Source: Methanomassiliicoccaceae archaeon (GTDB taxonomy: Archaea; Thermoplasmatota; Thermoplasmata; Methanomassiliicoccales; Methanomethylophilaceae). Taken from it: 42,310 nt of DNA. The stretch covers positions 1-42,310 of the forward strand of contig WRNL01000001.1 of NCBI GenBank assembly GCA_009776625.1, in the 5' to 3' direction. How positions within the stretch are numbered: the first letter of the stretch is position 1; every line of letters starts with the position of its first letter. A program made the translations under genes and the position numbers. The notes under the pieces were generated by a model. It was not told the DNA's origin and did no database searches. It worked only from the letters and a program-made list of their open reading frames with translations. This document shows, one piece after another, positions 27,836-37,345 of this stretch.

Positions 27836-28669
27836 ATGCCGAAACCAATGATGAGCGGCGAGGACATCGAGCGGGACACCAGGCTGCACGAGAGCCTTTC
27901 CAAGATCGAACATGTGGTCATCGTCATGAGCGGTAAGGGCGGGGTGGGGAAGAGCACCGTCTCCTCCAACCTCGCCATGGCCCTGTCCATGAGAGACCGC
28001 CGCGTCGGCCTGATGGACATCGACATCACCGGCCCCAACATACCCAAGATGTTCCGCATAGAGGACGAGAAGCTTCACGCGAACGAGGAGGACAGGCTCA
28101 TCCCTGTGGCTGTCCCGCCCTCCCTCAGCGTGATGTCCATGGGCTTCCTGCTCCCGGACAGGGACTCAGCCGTCATGTGGCGGGGGCCCATGAAGGCGAG
28201 CGCGATAAGACAGTTCATAGAGGACGTGGAATGGGGGGGTCTGGACTATCTTGTCGTGGACATGCCCCCCGGGACCGGCGACGAGGCAATCACAATCGCC
28301 CAGCTCATGCCCAAGGCGGACGGCGCCGTCATAGTGACGACGCCGCAGGACGTCGCACTGCTTGACAGCAGGAAGTCCATCACCTTCGCATCCCAGATGA
28401 AGCTGCCCGTGATAGGACTGGTGGAGAACATGAGCGGGTTCGTCTGCCCGCACTGCGGCGAGCTCACGGAGGTCTTCGGGTCGGGCGGCGGCGAGAGGAC
28501 CGCCGAGGCGCTGAGCATACGGTTCCTTGGCAGGGTTCCCCTCGAGCCTAACGTGGCCGTGTCAGGGGATTCGGGCATGCCGGTCGTCGCCGCCGACCCA
28601 GGGTCGAGGTCAGCGGTCGCTTTCGACAGGATAGCGGAGAACGTCATAAGAGAGGTGGAGAAAGGATGA
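27836..28669 (+). CDS. mrp: Mrp/NBP35 Fe-S cluster carrier ATPase
   Basis: SGKGGVGKST, DIDITGP, WRGP, DMPPGTGD, ENMS..CPHC. Confidence 0.95.
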   Translation: MPKPMMSGEDIERDTRLHESLSKIEHVVIVMSGKGGVGKSTVSSNLAMALSMRDRRVGLMDIDITGPNIPKMFRIEDEKLHANEEDRLIPVAVPPSLSVMSMGFLLPDRDSAVMWRGPMKASAIRQFIEDVEWGGLDYLVVDMPPGTGDEAITIAQLMPKADGAVIVTTPQDVALLDSRKSITFASQMKLPVIGLVENMSGFVCPHCGELTEVFGSGGGERTAEALSIRFLGRVPLEPNVAVSGDSGMPVVAADPGSRSAVAFDRIAENVIREVEKG

Positions 28670-29007
28670 AGGCCGTCGTCATCGCGGAAGGGGACACGTT
28701 GGACTCATACGTCGCGGAGGACTTCGGCCACGCCCCGTTCTTCCTGGTCGTGGACACGGACACGCTGGACTACCATGTGATCGAGAACGAGTACGCCAGG
28801 CTGGAGGGCGCGGGCATGAAGGTCGCCGACGCGATAGCCGGGCTCGGCGTCGATGCGGTCATCACCGGCGGCATAGGCTCCCACGGCCTCGAGATACTCG
28901 GCAAGGCGGGCATACACGTGGCCTATGACGAGGAGGGCACCGTCGAGGAGTGCGTGGGTGACCTCAAAAGGCGGCTCGCTCTGAGGAAAGGGGCCGGGTC
29001 AGACTGA
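28666..29007 (+). CDS. NifB/NifX-family (FeMo-cofactor binding domain) protein
   Basis: FGHAPFFLVVD, GVDAVITGGIG, L..AGI.V; ATGA overlap with mrp. Confidence 0.88.
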   Translation: MKAVVIAEGDTLDSYVAEDFGHAPFFLVVDTDTLDYHVIENEYARLEGAGMKVADAIAGLGVDAVITGGIGSHGLEILGKAGIHVAYDEEGTVEECVGDLKRRLALRKGAGSD

Positions 29008-29622
29008 CCTCTCGTCCCCCCAGATGACCTTGTGGAGCTGGGGCAGGACCCTGACGGGCAGCCCCCTCCTGACGACCTCTTCCGCGATGTACCGGATGTC
29101 CGTGCCCCCCACCGGGCTGAATATCACGCTCGCGGGGACGGGGTTCTCCCCCATGAAACGGACGGCGTACTCCAGGTCCTCCTGGCCGCCGATGACGAAC
29201 TTCAGCTGATCCTTGACGCCGATATGTTCCAGGTTCGACAGGAGGTTCCTGTCCGACATGCCGGAGGAGGGGCATTTGACGTCGAGGCTTACTATCACCC
29301 TCCCGTCCTTCGGTATGCCGGATATGTCCACCGACCCGTTCGTTTCTACGACGACCCTCTTACCCGCCGCGACGAGCCTCCGCAGGAGCTCGGGCGCGTC
29401 CTCCTGGAGCATCGGCTCCCCGCCGGTGAGGCACACGTCCATGGCATCGCCCACCGCCGCCACGATCTCGCCCACGGTCTCCTCTGCCCCGCCCTCCCAT
29501 GCGTAGCCGGTGTCGCACCATGCGCATCTGAGGTTGCACCCGGCCGCCCTTATGAAATACGTCGGGACGCCTATGGTCTGCCCCTCGCCCTGGATGGACA
29601 TGAACCTCTCGCAGACCCTCAT
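28999..29622 (-). CDS. queE: 7-carboxy-7-deazaguanine synthase (radical SAM)
   Basis: SIQGEG, CNLRCAWCDT, TGGEP, ETNG, PQLHK. Confidence 0.95.
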   Translation of the reverse strand: MRVCERFMSIQGEGQTIGVPTYFIRAAGCNLRCAWCDTGYAWEGGAEETVGEIVAAVGDAMDVCLTGGEPMLQEDAPELLRRLVAAGKRVVVETNGSVDISGIPKDGRVIVSLDVKCPSSGMSDRNLLSNLEHIGVKDQLKFVIGGQEDLEYAVRFMGENPVPASVIFSPVGGTDIRYIAEEVVRRGLPVRVLPQLHKVIWGDERSV

Positions 29623-29623
29623 C

Positions 29624-30295
29624 TCACACCTCGTACCCTATCTCGTCCTCGATCCCCGCCTCCCTGAACCCTTTGAGCCTCAGCAGGCAGGAGTCGCAGC
29701 GGCCGCAGGCCCTCTCGCCCCCTTTGTAGCAGGACCACGTCAGGTGGAGCGGGGCGCCCAGGGCCTTCCCTTCCCTGACTATGTCGGCCTTGGAGAGGCC
29801 GATTATGGGCGTCCTCACCTCGACCGCCCTGCCCTCCGTCCCTGCCTTGGTGCCCTCTGCGAGCATCCTGCGGAAGGCGTCGAAGAACTCCGGGCGGCAG
29901 TCCGGGTAGCCGGAGTAGTCCACCGCGTTAGCCCCTATGTACACGGCGCCGGCGCCGATGGACTCGCAGATCCCGGCGGCCATGCTCAGGAAGATTATGT
30001 TCCTGGCTGGAACATATGTGGACGGGACCTCCCTGCTGAGGTCCCCCTCCCTGTCGGAGGGGACCTCCATCCCGCCGTCGGTCAGCGCCGACCTGAAGGA
30101 CGACATGTCGATGTCCATCACCATGTGCCGTATCCCGTAATGGCGGCAGACGGCGGCGGCCGCGTCCAGCTCCCTGGAGTGCCTCTGCCCGTACCTGAAG
30201 CTCAACGCCACGGGCTCCGTCCCGTCGCCGATCGCGGCCGCCAGCGTCACGGTGGAGTCCAGCCCCCCCGACAGCAGCACGACCGCCTTGGGCAT
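29624..30295 (-). CDS. queC: 7-cyano-7-deazaguanine synthase
   Basis: SGGLDS, YGQRH, TYVPARN, YPDCR, SCY...CGRCDSC. Confidence 0.96.
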   Translation of the reverse strand: MPKAVVLLSGGLDSTVTLAAAIGDGTEPVALSFRYGQRHSRELDAAAAVCRHYGIRHMVMDIDMSSFRSALTDGGMEVPSDREGDLSREVPSTYVPARNIIFLSMAAGICESIGAGAVYIGANAVDYSGYPDCRPEFFDAFRRMLAEGTKAGTEGRAVEVRTPIIGLSKADIVREGKALGAPLHLTWSCYKGGERACGRCDSCLLRLKGFREAGIEDEIGYEV

Positions 30296-30768
30296 CACAG
30301 CACCTTCGTGTGCCACGCCGTCTGCCCGCGCTCCTCGTCCAGCCCTATGGACACGCTCCTGACCGTCGGGGGGAGCTCGGTCTCCCCGACTACCCTCTCG
30401 GCCATCATCCTGGCCATCTCCTCGGCGGTGGTCGTCGCGATGTCCAGCATCAGGACGTCCTCCGCAGGGAACACGTACCTCTTGCCGCACGACGAGACCT
30501 CGACCGACCCGTCCCTCTCCTCTATCCTGACTATCCCGGACGCCGCCGGCAGCAGGACCTTGTGGTCCATCTCGGCTGCCATCTCCCTCAGCCTCCTCTT
30601 GAGGACTACGAAGTCCATCACCATGCCGTCCGCCCCTGTCTCCCCCTCGATCCTCATCCTCACCGCATAGCTGTGGCCGTGCAGCCTAGAACACTTCTCG
30701 TGCATGGGGATGAAGTGGCAGGAGGAGAACCCTATCCCGGCGTGGCCGCCGTCGATCTCTATGATCAT
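30295..30768 (-). CDS. queD: 6-carboxy-5,6,7,8-tetrahydropterin synthase
   Basis: FSSCH, CSRLHGH, MVMDF, MDHK, TTAEE. Confidence 0.9.
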   Translation of the reverse strand: MIIEIDGGHAGIGFSSCHFIPMHEKCSRLHGHSYAVRMRIEGETGADGMVMDFVVLKRRLREMAAEMDHKVLLPAASGIVRIEERDGSVEVSSCGKRYVFPAEDVLMLDIATTTAEEMARMMAERVVGETELPPTVRSVSIGLDEERGQTAWHTKVL

Positions 30769-31514
30769 CCCCTGCCCCCTGCGAGCGTCATGGCGAGTAT
30801 CAGCGAGTCCATGTAGTCCGTCTTGACCCTGGAGGTGTCCACGAACACCTTGTCTATGTTAAGCACCGGCGCGCCCATGGCCACCGCATCTCCTAAGAAG
30901 TGCAGCGCCCTGAATATCAGGTTCCCCGATATCCCGTCGGGCGCGATTATCAGATCGGCCTCTTCCACAGCGGACTCGATCAGTATCTCCGCGTGGTAGG
31001 AGTCGTACCCCTCCTTCTGGAGCATGGACACCAGCTCCTCCGCGTCCTCGATCGTCCTGTCGACGTACTTGTTCCTGCCCTTGTCCCCGCTCCTGCCGCC
31101 GGACATGACCGCTATCCTCGTCCCTGCGCCGAGCTCCTTCATCAGGGCTATCGACCTGACGACGATGCTGTGCTTCTCCTCTACGGTCCACCCCTCGTCG
31201 ATGCCGACAGGCGCCATGAAGAATGTGCGGCCCCTCGGCGGCTCCATTATGACCAGCCTCTCCAGCTCCTCGACCCCGGCCCTCTCTTTCAGGACGGGGA
31301 GGAGGGCGGAGGAGGGCATGTCCCCCCTGACCGCCGCGTCTATCCTGCCGGAGAAGAGGTCGTCCACCAGCTCCGCTGGGTCGCCGTATATTCTGACGCC
31401 GTCCTTGTTCAGCGTGCGGACGCTGTTCTCGACGTGCCCGGAGGAGGTGCCGCGCCCGATCCCCACGCGCACGTCGGGGAGGCTGCTGTGCAGGAGGTCT
31501 TTGACTGTGAACAT
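30765..31514 (-). CDS. mtxX: Methanogenesis marker protein 4 / MtxX family
   Basis: IDAAVRG, APVGIDEG, SGGR..D.GR...VDRTI, ILIE, APDGISGNLIFR, FVDTSR. Confidence 0.85.
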   Translation of the reverse strand: MFTVKDLLHSSLPDVRVGIGRGTSSGHVENSVRTLNKDGVRIYGDPAELVDDLFSGRIDAAVRGDMPSSALLPVLKERAGVEELERLVIMEPPRGRTFFMAPVGIDEGWTVEEKHSIVVRSIALMKELGAGTRIAVMSGGRSGDKGRNKYVDRTIEDAEELVSMLQKEGYDSYHAEILIESAVEEADLIIAPDGISGNLIFRALHFLGDAVAMGAPVLNIDKVFVDTSRVKTDYMDSLILAMTLAGGRG

Positions 31515-31637
31515 CGAGCGTCCATTATGTCCTGCGTATTAAGGATTTGTGGCATCGCGGAGGCTGACCTGACACCACCTAACTCGCTACATGTAGCGTC
31601 GCTGTTTGATAAGGGGGGATTGAGAGTGCAGGCCATC

Positions 31638-32225
31638 ATGGATGAAGAACACACGTTTGACGGCACCGAAGATGCCGCCGGCCCCTCGGCCCCGACGATG
31701 TCCGCAGATGGAGAGAAAGGAGGCTGGCACCAAAAAGGGGACGGCGGGTGGAGCCGCGGGTTTGACAATGACGCATTGACCGCGCTACTGGCGATGAAAG
31801 ATGACTTCGGCAGACGGCTGGAGTTGGCCTCTGACAGGCAGAATGCCATGGTGCAGTCCATAGGCATAATCCTAGCTTTCGCATCTATTCTGCTAGGGGA
31901 GACCGTGCGCTTAATCCACACGGGCCAATGGGGCGCTTGCGAGGCGGTATCGGTGACCGCGATGCTGTCCTGCTGCATGACGGGCATCGCGACAATCTGG
32001 GAGTGGAAGAGTTGGAAGCTCTACACCGGGTTCTATTCGGACGATGTCGTGAGAGCGTTCAGAGGCTGGAGGTTCGTTGACTTACACTACATGCTCGTGG
32101 GAGGTGTCCTCATATCCCATGACGCAATGACCAGAAACAATTATATCCTAAGGAGAAGGATATCCTGGATGGTGTTGTTTCTCATCTCGGGAACGTTATC
32201 CACAGTGACTGGCATGGTGGTATGA
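31638..32225 (+). CDS. Three-TM membrane protein of unknown function
   Basis: Hydrophobic segments IGIILAFASILL, AVSVTAMLSCCMTGIATIW and ISWMVLFLISGTLSTVTGMVV. Confidence 0.7.
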   Translation: MDEEHTFDGTEDAAGPSAPTMSADGEKGGWHQKGDGGWSRGFDNDALTALLAMKDDFGRRLELASDRQNAMVQSIGIILAFASILLGETVRLIHTGQWGACEAVSVTAMLSCCMTGIATIWEWKSWKLYTGFYSDDVVRAFRGWRFVDLHYMLVGGVLISHDAMTRNNYILRRRISWMVLFLISGTLSTVTGMVV

Positions 32226-32422
32226 TGGGTCTGAAAGACATGTTCAGAAGAAAGCCGAACCCATACACAAAGTGGCTCCAAGAGGGGGAGGAGAAGAACA
32301 AGCACACCTTAGAGATCATCCTGCCGCCGATGGACGAGAACGGTCGCTTCGTCCCGGACCGGTCCAGACCGGGGGTTCCGCTGTACGAGTATATCGAGAA
32401 GGTCATGAGGGAGAACCCATGA
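32225..32422 (+). CDS. Small (65-aa) protein, copy 1
   Basis: TGATG-coupled to the TM gene; paralog at 32621. Confidence 0.75.
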   Translation: MGLKDMFRRKPNPYTKWLQEGEEKNKHTLEIILPPMDENGRFVPDRSRPGVPLYEYIEKVMRENP

Positions 32423-32531
32423 TTCGGAGCAGACGGCGGCCACAGATGACCGACCTGGACGATGACCACTGAAGCCGTATCCATGGTGACTGAAATAGCA
32501 ATCGAATGAATCTACGATGCGGTAGCTATGC

Positions 32532-32621
32532 AACAATTATATCTTAAAAAAGAGAGTGTCGTGGATGGCGTTGTTCCTCCTCGCAGGAACGGCATCCACA
32601 GTTACAGGCATGGTGATGTGA
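32532..32621 (+). pseudogene. Orphan 3' fragment of a paralog of the 3-TM gene
   Basis: NNYILKKRVSWMALFLLAGTASTVTGMVM* versus NNYILRRRISWMVLFLISGTLSTVTGMVV* (21/29 identical). Confidence 0.8.
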
Positions 32622-32818
32622 TGAACCTTAGGGACATGTTCAGCAGATGTCGCACCCCTGACACAAGGGGCCTCCAAGAGGGGGATGAGAAGAACAAGCG
32701 CACCATGGAGATCATCCTGCCGCCGACGGACGAGAAGGGGCGTTTCGTCCCGGACCGGTCCAGGCCTGGGATGACGATCCCCGAATATCTCAAAACCTTC
32801 GACATGGAGGGGCCGTAA
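32621..32818 (+). CDS. Small (65-aa) protein, copy 2
   Basis: 40/65 identical to copy 1 with no gaps; same TGATG coupling. Confidence 0.75.
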   Translation: MNLRDMFSRCRTPDTRGLQEGDEKNKRTMEIILPPTDEKGRFVPDRSRPGMTIPEYLKTFDMEGP

Positions 32819-33089
32819 CCCAATGGTGTGATGACAACACGCAACCCTTTCATCACATAACCGAATTACAATATATCCTGATACAGAGTTTCATCTTATA
32901 ACCGAAAAACGAAGTGGTAAAGGGGAAGGGGCGGGAACGCCACATCGGTTTTTAAAAGGATGAACGCGGTTTGCTCACCGCACCTCGGTCGCAAGGTTGT
33001 CGATCGCATCCTCCATGGTGCAGCGTAGCTATAGCCCAGCCCAGAGGGCGGGCGCCTTCATGCCCAGCCTTGGCTTGACAAATAGATGG

Positions 33090-34079
33090 TTACAGGGACC
33101 CTATCGAGTCGAACTCGTACCCGTCCCACTCCCTGAGCCCGAGCGCCACCTCCGCCTCTGTGACGGTCAGCATCGGTTTTGAGTATCGGGCGGAGTCATC
33201 CGTCGCTATCCTCGGGCAGGCGGTGCAGACATAGGCGTCCACCTTGTAATGCAGGAGCGCGTCCGGCCCGACCTCGTTGAGCAAGACCATGTACGCCTTC
33301 TTCCCCTGACCCCTTATCCTCTCGGCGAGGGAGTCCGCGGCGGCCCGCCTCTCCTGTCCCGGCTTGGAGCAGACTATCACTAGGAAGCTCTCGGCGGACC
33401 TCGCCCTCTCGATGGCGGCGAACCTCCTCCTGACCATCCTGTCCCTCGCCTCGTCCACAGACCTCACCTCCCCTGTGAGCGGATCAAGGACGAGGACGGC
33501 CCTCTTCGTCCCGAAGGATGCGGCGAGGGGGTGGAAATCGCCCTCGCCGATGTACAGGAACGCGTCCACTTCCCTGTTCATGGAGGTGGCGGCGCTGAAG
33601 TCGCACCCGAGCACCTGGCCGGGGTGGCATATCCTGCCGTCGCCCGTCCCTACGGACACCTCCTTCCCCATCCCCTCGAGTGCCTCCTTGGCCTCCGGGA
33701 TCAGCCCGACGTACTGGACGGTCGCGAGCAGCCCGACCCGTTTCGGGAGCCTTTCCGCCGCCGCCCTGACGGCATCCCCTATTTCAAGGTCGGCCCTCGC
33801 CTCCACAAAGAGGACGTCCCCGCCTGCATCCTTGGGGCGTATGGGCGAATGCCCGAAGTGTACCAGCGCGTCCGCGTGCTTTTTATAATCGGCGAACAGG
33901 TCGCAGGCGCCGTAGCAGGGGTCGCCGAGGACGACCACCCCGGCCCCCGTGGAGGCCGATAAGAAATCCGATATGCGCAGGGCGTCGGCCTTGAGCCCTT
34001 CCGGCAGCTGGACCGCCACCGTGGCATAGCCCCTCCCTCTTATCCAGGAGGCGACGGCGTCCAGCTCCAGGTCGAACAT
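33090..34079 (-). CDS. dph2: Diphthamide biosynthesis enzyme Dph2
   Basis: QLPEGL, PCYGACD, HFGHS, GQVLGC, ACPRI. Confidence 0.95.
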   Translation of the reverse strand: MFDLELDAVASWIRGRGYATVAVQLPEGLKADALRISDFLSASTGAGVVVLGDPCYGACDLFADYKKHADALVHFGHSPIRPKDAGGDVLFVEARADLEIGDAVRAAAERLPKRVGLLATVQYVGLIPEAKEALEGMGKEVSVGTGDGRICHPGQVLGCDFSAATSMNREVDAFLYIGEGDFHPLAASFGTKRAVLVLDPLTGEVRSVDEARDRMVRRRFAAIERARSAESFLVIVCSKPGQERRAAADSLAERIRGQGKKAYMVLLNEVGPDALLHYKVDAYVCTACPRIATDDSARYSKPMLTVTEAEVALGLREWDGYEFDSIGSL

Positions 34080-34598
34080 TTACCTCATGTATTCCTGTCC
34101 CTTCTCTATCTCGACGTAGCAGGGGGACGGGAACTTCATGGACGCCTTCCAGAGCGCGGTCTTGGCGACGTTCGCTTTCTCAGGGGTCACGCTGACGGTG
34201 AGGATCGCCTGGTCGCGCTCGAGCCTGGCCGCCGTGCTGACGTTCTTCCCGAACGCCGAGCGCATGCCGCTCGAGACACGGTCGGCGCCCGCGCCGGTGG
34301 CGAGCTTGTTCTCCCTTAGCACGCAGTGGGGGTACGTCCTCACCTTGAGGTAGTAGTTGGCGGACCCCGCCTGGCTGGAGAGCATCTTGTTGGCGGCTAT
34401 GCGCCCCGCCTCCAGCGCGGTGTGCCTTATCTGCACCCTGTTCTTGACTTTGAGGGTGAGGGTGATCGGGAACTCCCCGCTCGCGTTCCCCATGTCGAAC
34501 TGGTTCAACCTGCTTGCCGGGACGCCTCCCATGTATTCGCGGCGCGTGAACGCCTGTCCTGTGATCCTTCTGTACATCGATGCGGGCTTTCTTACCAT
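34080..34598 (-). CDS. rpl10e: 50S ribosomal protein uL16 (L10e)
   Basis: MVRKPASMYR, QIRHTALEAGR, LRENKLATGAGADRVSSGMR. Confidence 0.97.
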   Translation of the reverse strand: MVRKPASMYRRITGQAFTRREYMGGVPASRLNQFDMGNASGEFPITLTLKVKNRVQIRHTALEAGRIAANKMLSSQAGSANYYLKVRTYPHCVLRENKLATGAGADRVSSGMRSAFGKNVSTAARLERDQAILTVSVTPEKANVAKTALWKASMKFPSPCYVEIEKGQEYMR

Positions 34599-34803
34599 TT
34601 GCGCCACCTGTGTGGAATGTGATAGAGCGACAATCCCCAATTTCTATTTAAAGGCTATTGCCTCCGCCATGTGCCTTGGAAAGCGGCCCTCCTTATAGTA
34701 AGAAGAAGGGAACCCGTAAAAGAGCCTTGTATTCCGGGGGCAGCTGAGCCCCGCCGCGCCCCCCGCGGCAACCAATTATATGGGGGGAGCGGTTGAGGGG
34801 TGC

Positions 34804-35295
34804 ATGGGTAAGCTTGCGGACAGGGCGGTGGTGGTCGGCCTCGGTAGCCCGATAATGAGCGACGACGCCGTCGGGCTCAGGGTGTCCGAGGCCGTGGAGG
34901 CGCTCGGGCTGCCCGACGTCGACGCGCTGCAGGAGGCGGTCGGCGGCCTCGACATAATCCCCCTCATCTCAGGGTACAGGCACGCGGTGATCGTGGACGC
35001 GATACTGACCGGGGCCCACGAGCCTGGAACTGTGATGATCTTCGACATGGACGGCTTTGACTGCACGGTGGCGGACGCCCCCGCGCACGGCTTCAACCTC
35101 GCCACAGCCATAAGGATCGGGCGGGGCATGGACGGCGGCTCCATGCCGGAGGCAATAAGGTTCGTCGCCGTCGAGGTGGAGGACCTGATGACCGTTAGCG
35201 AGTCGATGACGCCCCGGGTGGCCGCCGCCGTCGGGCCTGCGGCAAACGCCGTCCTGCACGTCCTGGAATCGCTCAGACGTCCGGGCCGGAGCTGA
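34804..35295 (+). CDS. Hydrogenase maturation protease
   Basis: VVGLGSPIMSDDAVG, IVDA...PGTV, AH. Confidence 0.9.
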   Translation: MGKLADRAVVVGLGSPIMSDDAVGLRVSEAVEALGLPDVDALQEAVGGLDIIPLISGYRHAVIVDAILTGAHEPGTVMIFDMDGFDCTVADAPAHGFNLATAIRIGRGMDGGSMPEAIRFVAVEVEDLMTVSESMTPRVAAAVGPAANAVLHVLESLRRPGRS

Positions 35296-36544
35296 TGAGC
35301 GCCTCGATGGCCTTGTCCTTCCTTCCGAGGACGGACACGTTCAGCGCCGACCCCTTTATGACGTCCGCGGCGACCCTCATGACATCCTCCTCCGTCACGG
35401 CGGACAATGCGTCCAGCCGGTCGGCCAGCGTCCGCGGCCTCCCGCTGAGCAGGAAGTCCCTCCCCAGCACGTACATGCGCCGCTCGGTCGACTCCATGGA
35501 CCTCACCAGCGAGCCCTTGACCAGGTTCTTCGTCCTCTCCAGCTCCCCTTCCCGGAGCCCCTCGTCCCTCATCTCCCTGTAGACGCGGGCGACTGCCTCC
35601 AGCGCATCGGCGACGTTCTCGCTGGTGCATGACATGCACGTGTACATGGCGCCCGCATCGGAGTGCTGCTCCATCATGTTGTACACGGCGTACACGAGCG
35701 CCCTCTCCTCCCTGACCTCCTGGAACAGCCTGGAGCTGATCCCGGAGCCCAGCGCCGCGCTCAGCAGCGCGAGCGGCGCCTTGTCCCGGTGGTCCGCGCC
35801 GTAGGACGGGAACCCCATCGCGACGTGGTAGTGCTCGGACCTGTTCTTCCTGAAACTGTGCCCCGCCTTCGGGGGGGCGGGCCTCTCCCTCTTAGTCTCC
35901 TTCTTGCCTGAGAGTCCGTCGAACCTGTCCTCCGCCCACGAGAGGACCTCGTCCGGCTCGACCGCCCCCGCCGCGAAGACCGCGATGTTCGGTATGCCGT
36001 ACCTCTCCCCGTAGTACCCCCTGAGGTCCGCGGCGGTCAGCCCCTTCACTATCTCCTGCGTCCCGCCCTCGTCCCTGGAGAGGGGGTGGCCCCTCCATAT
36101 GTTAGCCGAGAAGACGTCGTGGATGTAAGTCTCCGGCTCGTTCTCGATCATGCTCAGCTCCTGGACGACGATCTTCTTCTCGAGCTCCACGTCCCCCTCC
36201 TTGATCAGGGGGCCCGCCACCACCTCGGCGACGGCGTCCCTCGCGACGCCCTTCGTCTCCTTTATCGTCACCGCGTAGAAGGCTGTCATCTCCTTCCCGG
36301 TGAAGGCGTTCATCTCCCCGCCCGCGCCCTCCATGTCCTTCGCCATCTGGTAGGACGACCGGTTCTCCGTCTCCCTGAACACCACGTGCTCCAGGAGGTG
36401 CGATATCCCGTCTATGCCGTCGCGCTCGTCCCTCGACCCCGTCCTCACGCCGACCATGTACCCCGCGCTCCCGCACCCGGGCACACTCTCGACCAGCACG
36501 GGCACGCCCCCCGGCGTCCTCTCGAAGCTTATCTTCCCGCTCAT
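35273..36544 (-). CDS. M16 family zinc peptidase (pitrilysin/insulinase-like)
   Basis: GSRDE..GISHLLEH, NAFT, SSRLFQEVRE.RALVY. Confidence 0.93.
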   Translation of the reverse strand: MSGKISFERTPGGVPVLVESVPGCGSAGYMVGVRTGSRDERDGIDGISHLLEHVVFRETENRSSYQMAKDMEGAGGEMNAFTGKEMTAFYAVTIKETKGVARDAVAEVVAGPLIKEGDVELEKKIVVQELSMIENEPETYIHDVFSANIWRGHPLSRDEGGTQEIVKGLTAADLRGYYGERYGIPNIAVFAAGAVEPDEVLSWAEDRFDGLSGKKETKRERPAPPKAGHSFRKNRSEHYHVAMGFPSYGADHRDKAPLALLSAALGSGISSRLFQEVREERALVYAVYNMMEQHSDAGAMYTCMSCTSENVADALEAVARVYREMRDEGLREGELERTKNLVKGSLVRSMESTERRMYVLGRDFLLSGRPRTLADRLDALSAVTEEDVMRVAADVIKGSALNVSVLGRKDKAIEALISSGPDV

Positions 36545-36599
36545 GCCCGCAGGATTGCGTGCGAGTAATTATACGTTCACAACCGATACGGCGTGCATC

Positions 36600-37340
36600 A
36601 TGGCGGAGATGAAGATAATAAGGTACTCCGAGCAGAGGTACGACGACCCCACCGCGATAGTCGGCCTCCCCGGGATCGGTCTGGTGGGCTCGATACTGAC
36701 GAGCTTCGCGATAAGGGAGCTGGACATGGAGGTCGTGGCCGCCGTCGCGTCCCCCGACTTCCCCCCCTACACCCTGATCCAGGACGGGAACCCGTACCCC
36801 CCGGTGCGGGTGTACGGGTGCAGGAGGGAGAACGCGTCCGGCGAGTGCGGCGACCTGGTCATCGTGACCTCCGAGATAACGCTCAGGCCGGAGCTGTACT
36901 ACGACCTCAACACGGCGCTGACCGGGCTTTTCAAGGAGATGGGCGTGTCCAGCGTGATAGCGATAGAGGGGATACCGCAGTTCGAAGAGAGCGGGGGCAT
37001 ATTCGCCTGCGGGTCGTCGGCGGCCTCCAGGGAGAGGATCGAGGGGCTCGGCCTCAAGCCGCTGGAGGACGGCCTGGTGAGGGGGCTGACCGGCATAATG
37101 CTCTACGAGGCGTTCTACTCCGGCATGGACGTGATCGCCATGCTCTGCCCCGCCAACCCCGCACTGCCCGACCCCAGGTCGGCGGCGAGGATGCTCGAGC
37201 CCCTGTCCAAGCTCGTGCCGGAGCTGCAGATCGACGCCGGCCCGCTGTACAAGGAGGCGGAGGAGATCGAGAGCAAGATCAAGCAGCAGGAGTACGGGTA
37301 CGAGGTCGCCCCCAGCGACATCCGGCAGCTGTACGGGTGA
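36600..37340 (+). CDS. PAC2-family proteasome assembly chaperone
   Basis: IVGLPGIGLVGSI, PPVRVY, PDPRSAA, L.KEAEEIE, terminal LYG (HbYX-like). Confidence 0.9.
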   Translation: MAEMKIIRYSEQRYDDPTAIVGLPGIGLVGSILTSFAIRELDMEVVAAVASPDFPPYTLIQDGNPYPPVRVYGCRRENASGECGDLVIVTSEITLRPELYYDLNTALTGLFKEMGVSSVIAIEGIPQFEESGGIFACGSSAASRERIEGLGLKPLEDGLVRGLTGIMLYEAFYSGMDVIAMLCPANPALPDPRSAARMLEPLSKLVPELQIDAGPLYKEAEEIESKIKQQEYGYEVAPSDIRQLYG

Positions 37341-37345
37341 CCCTT

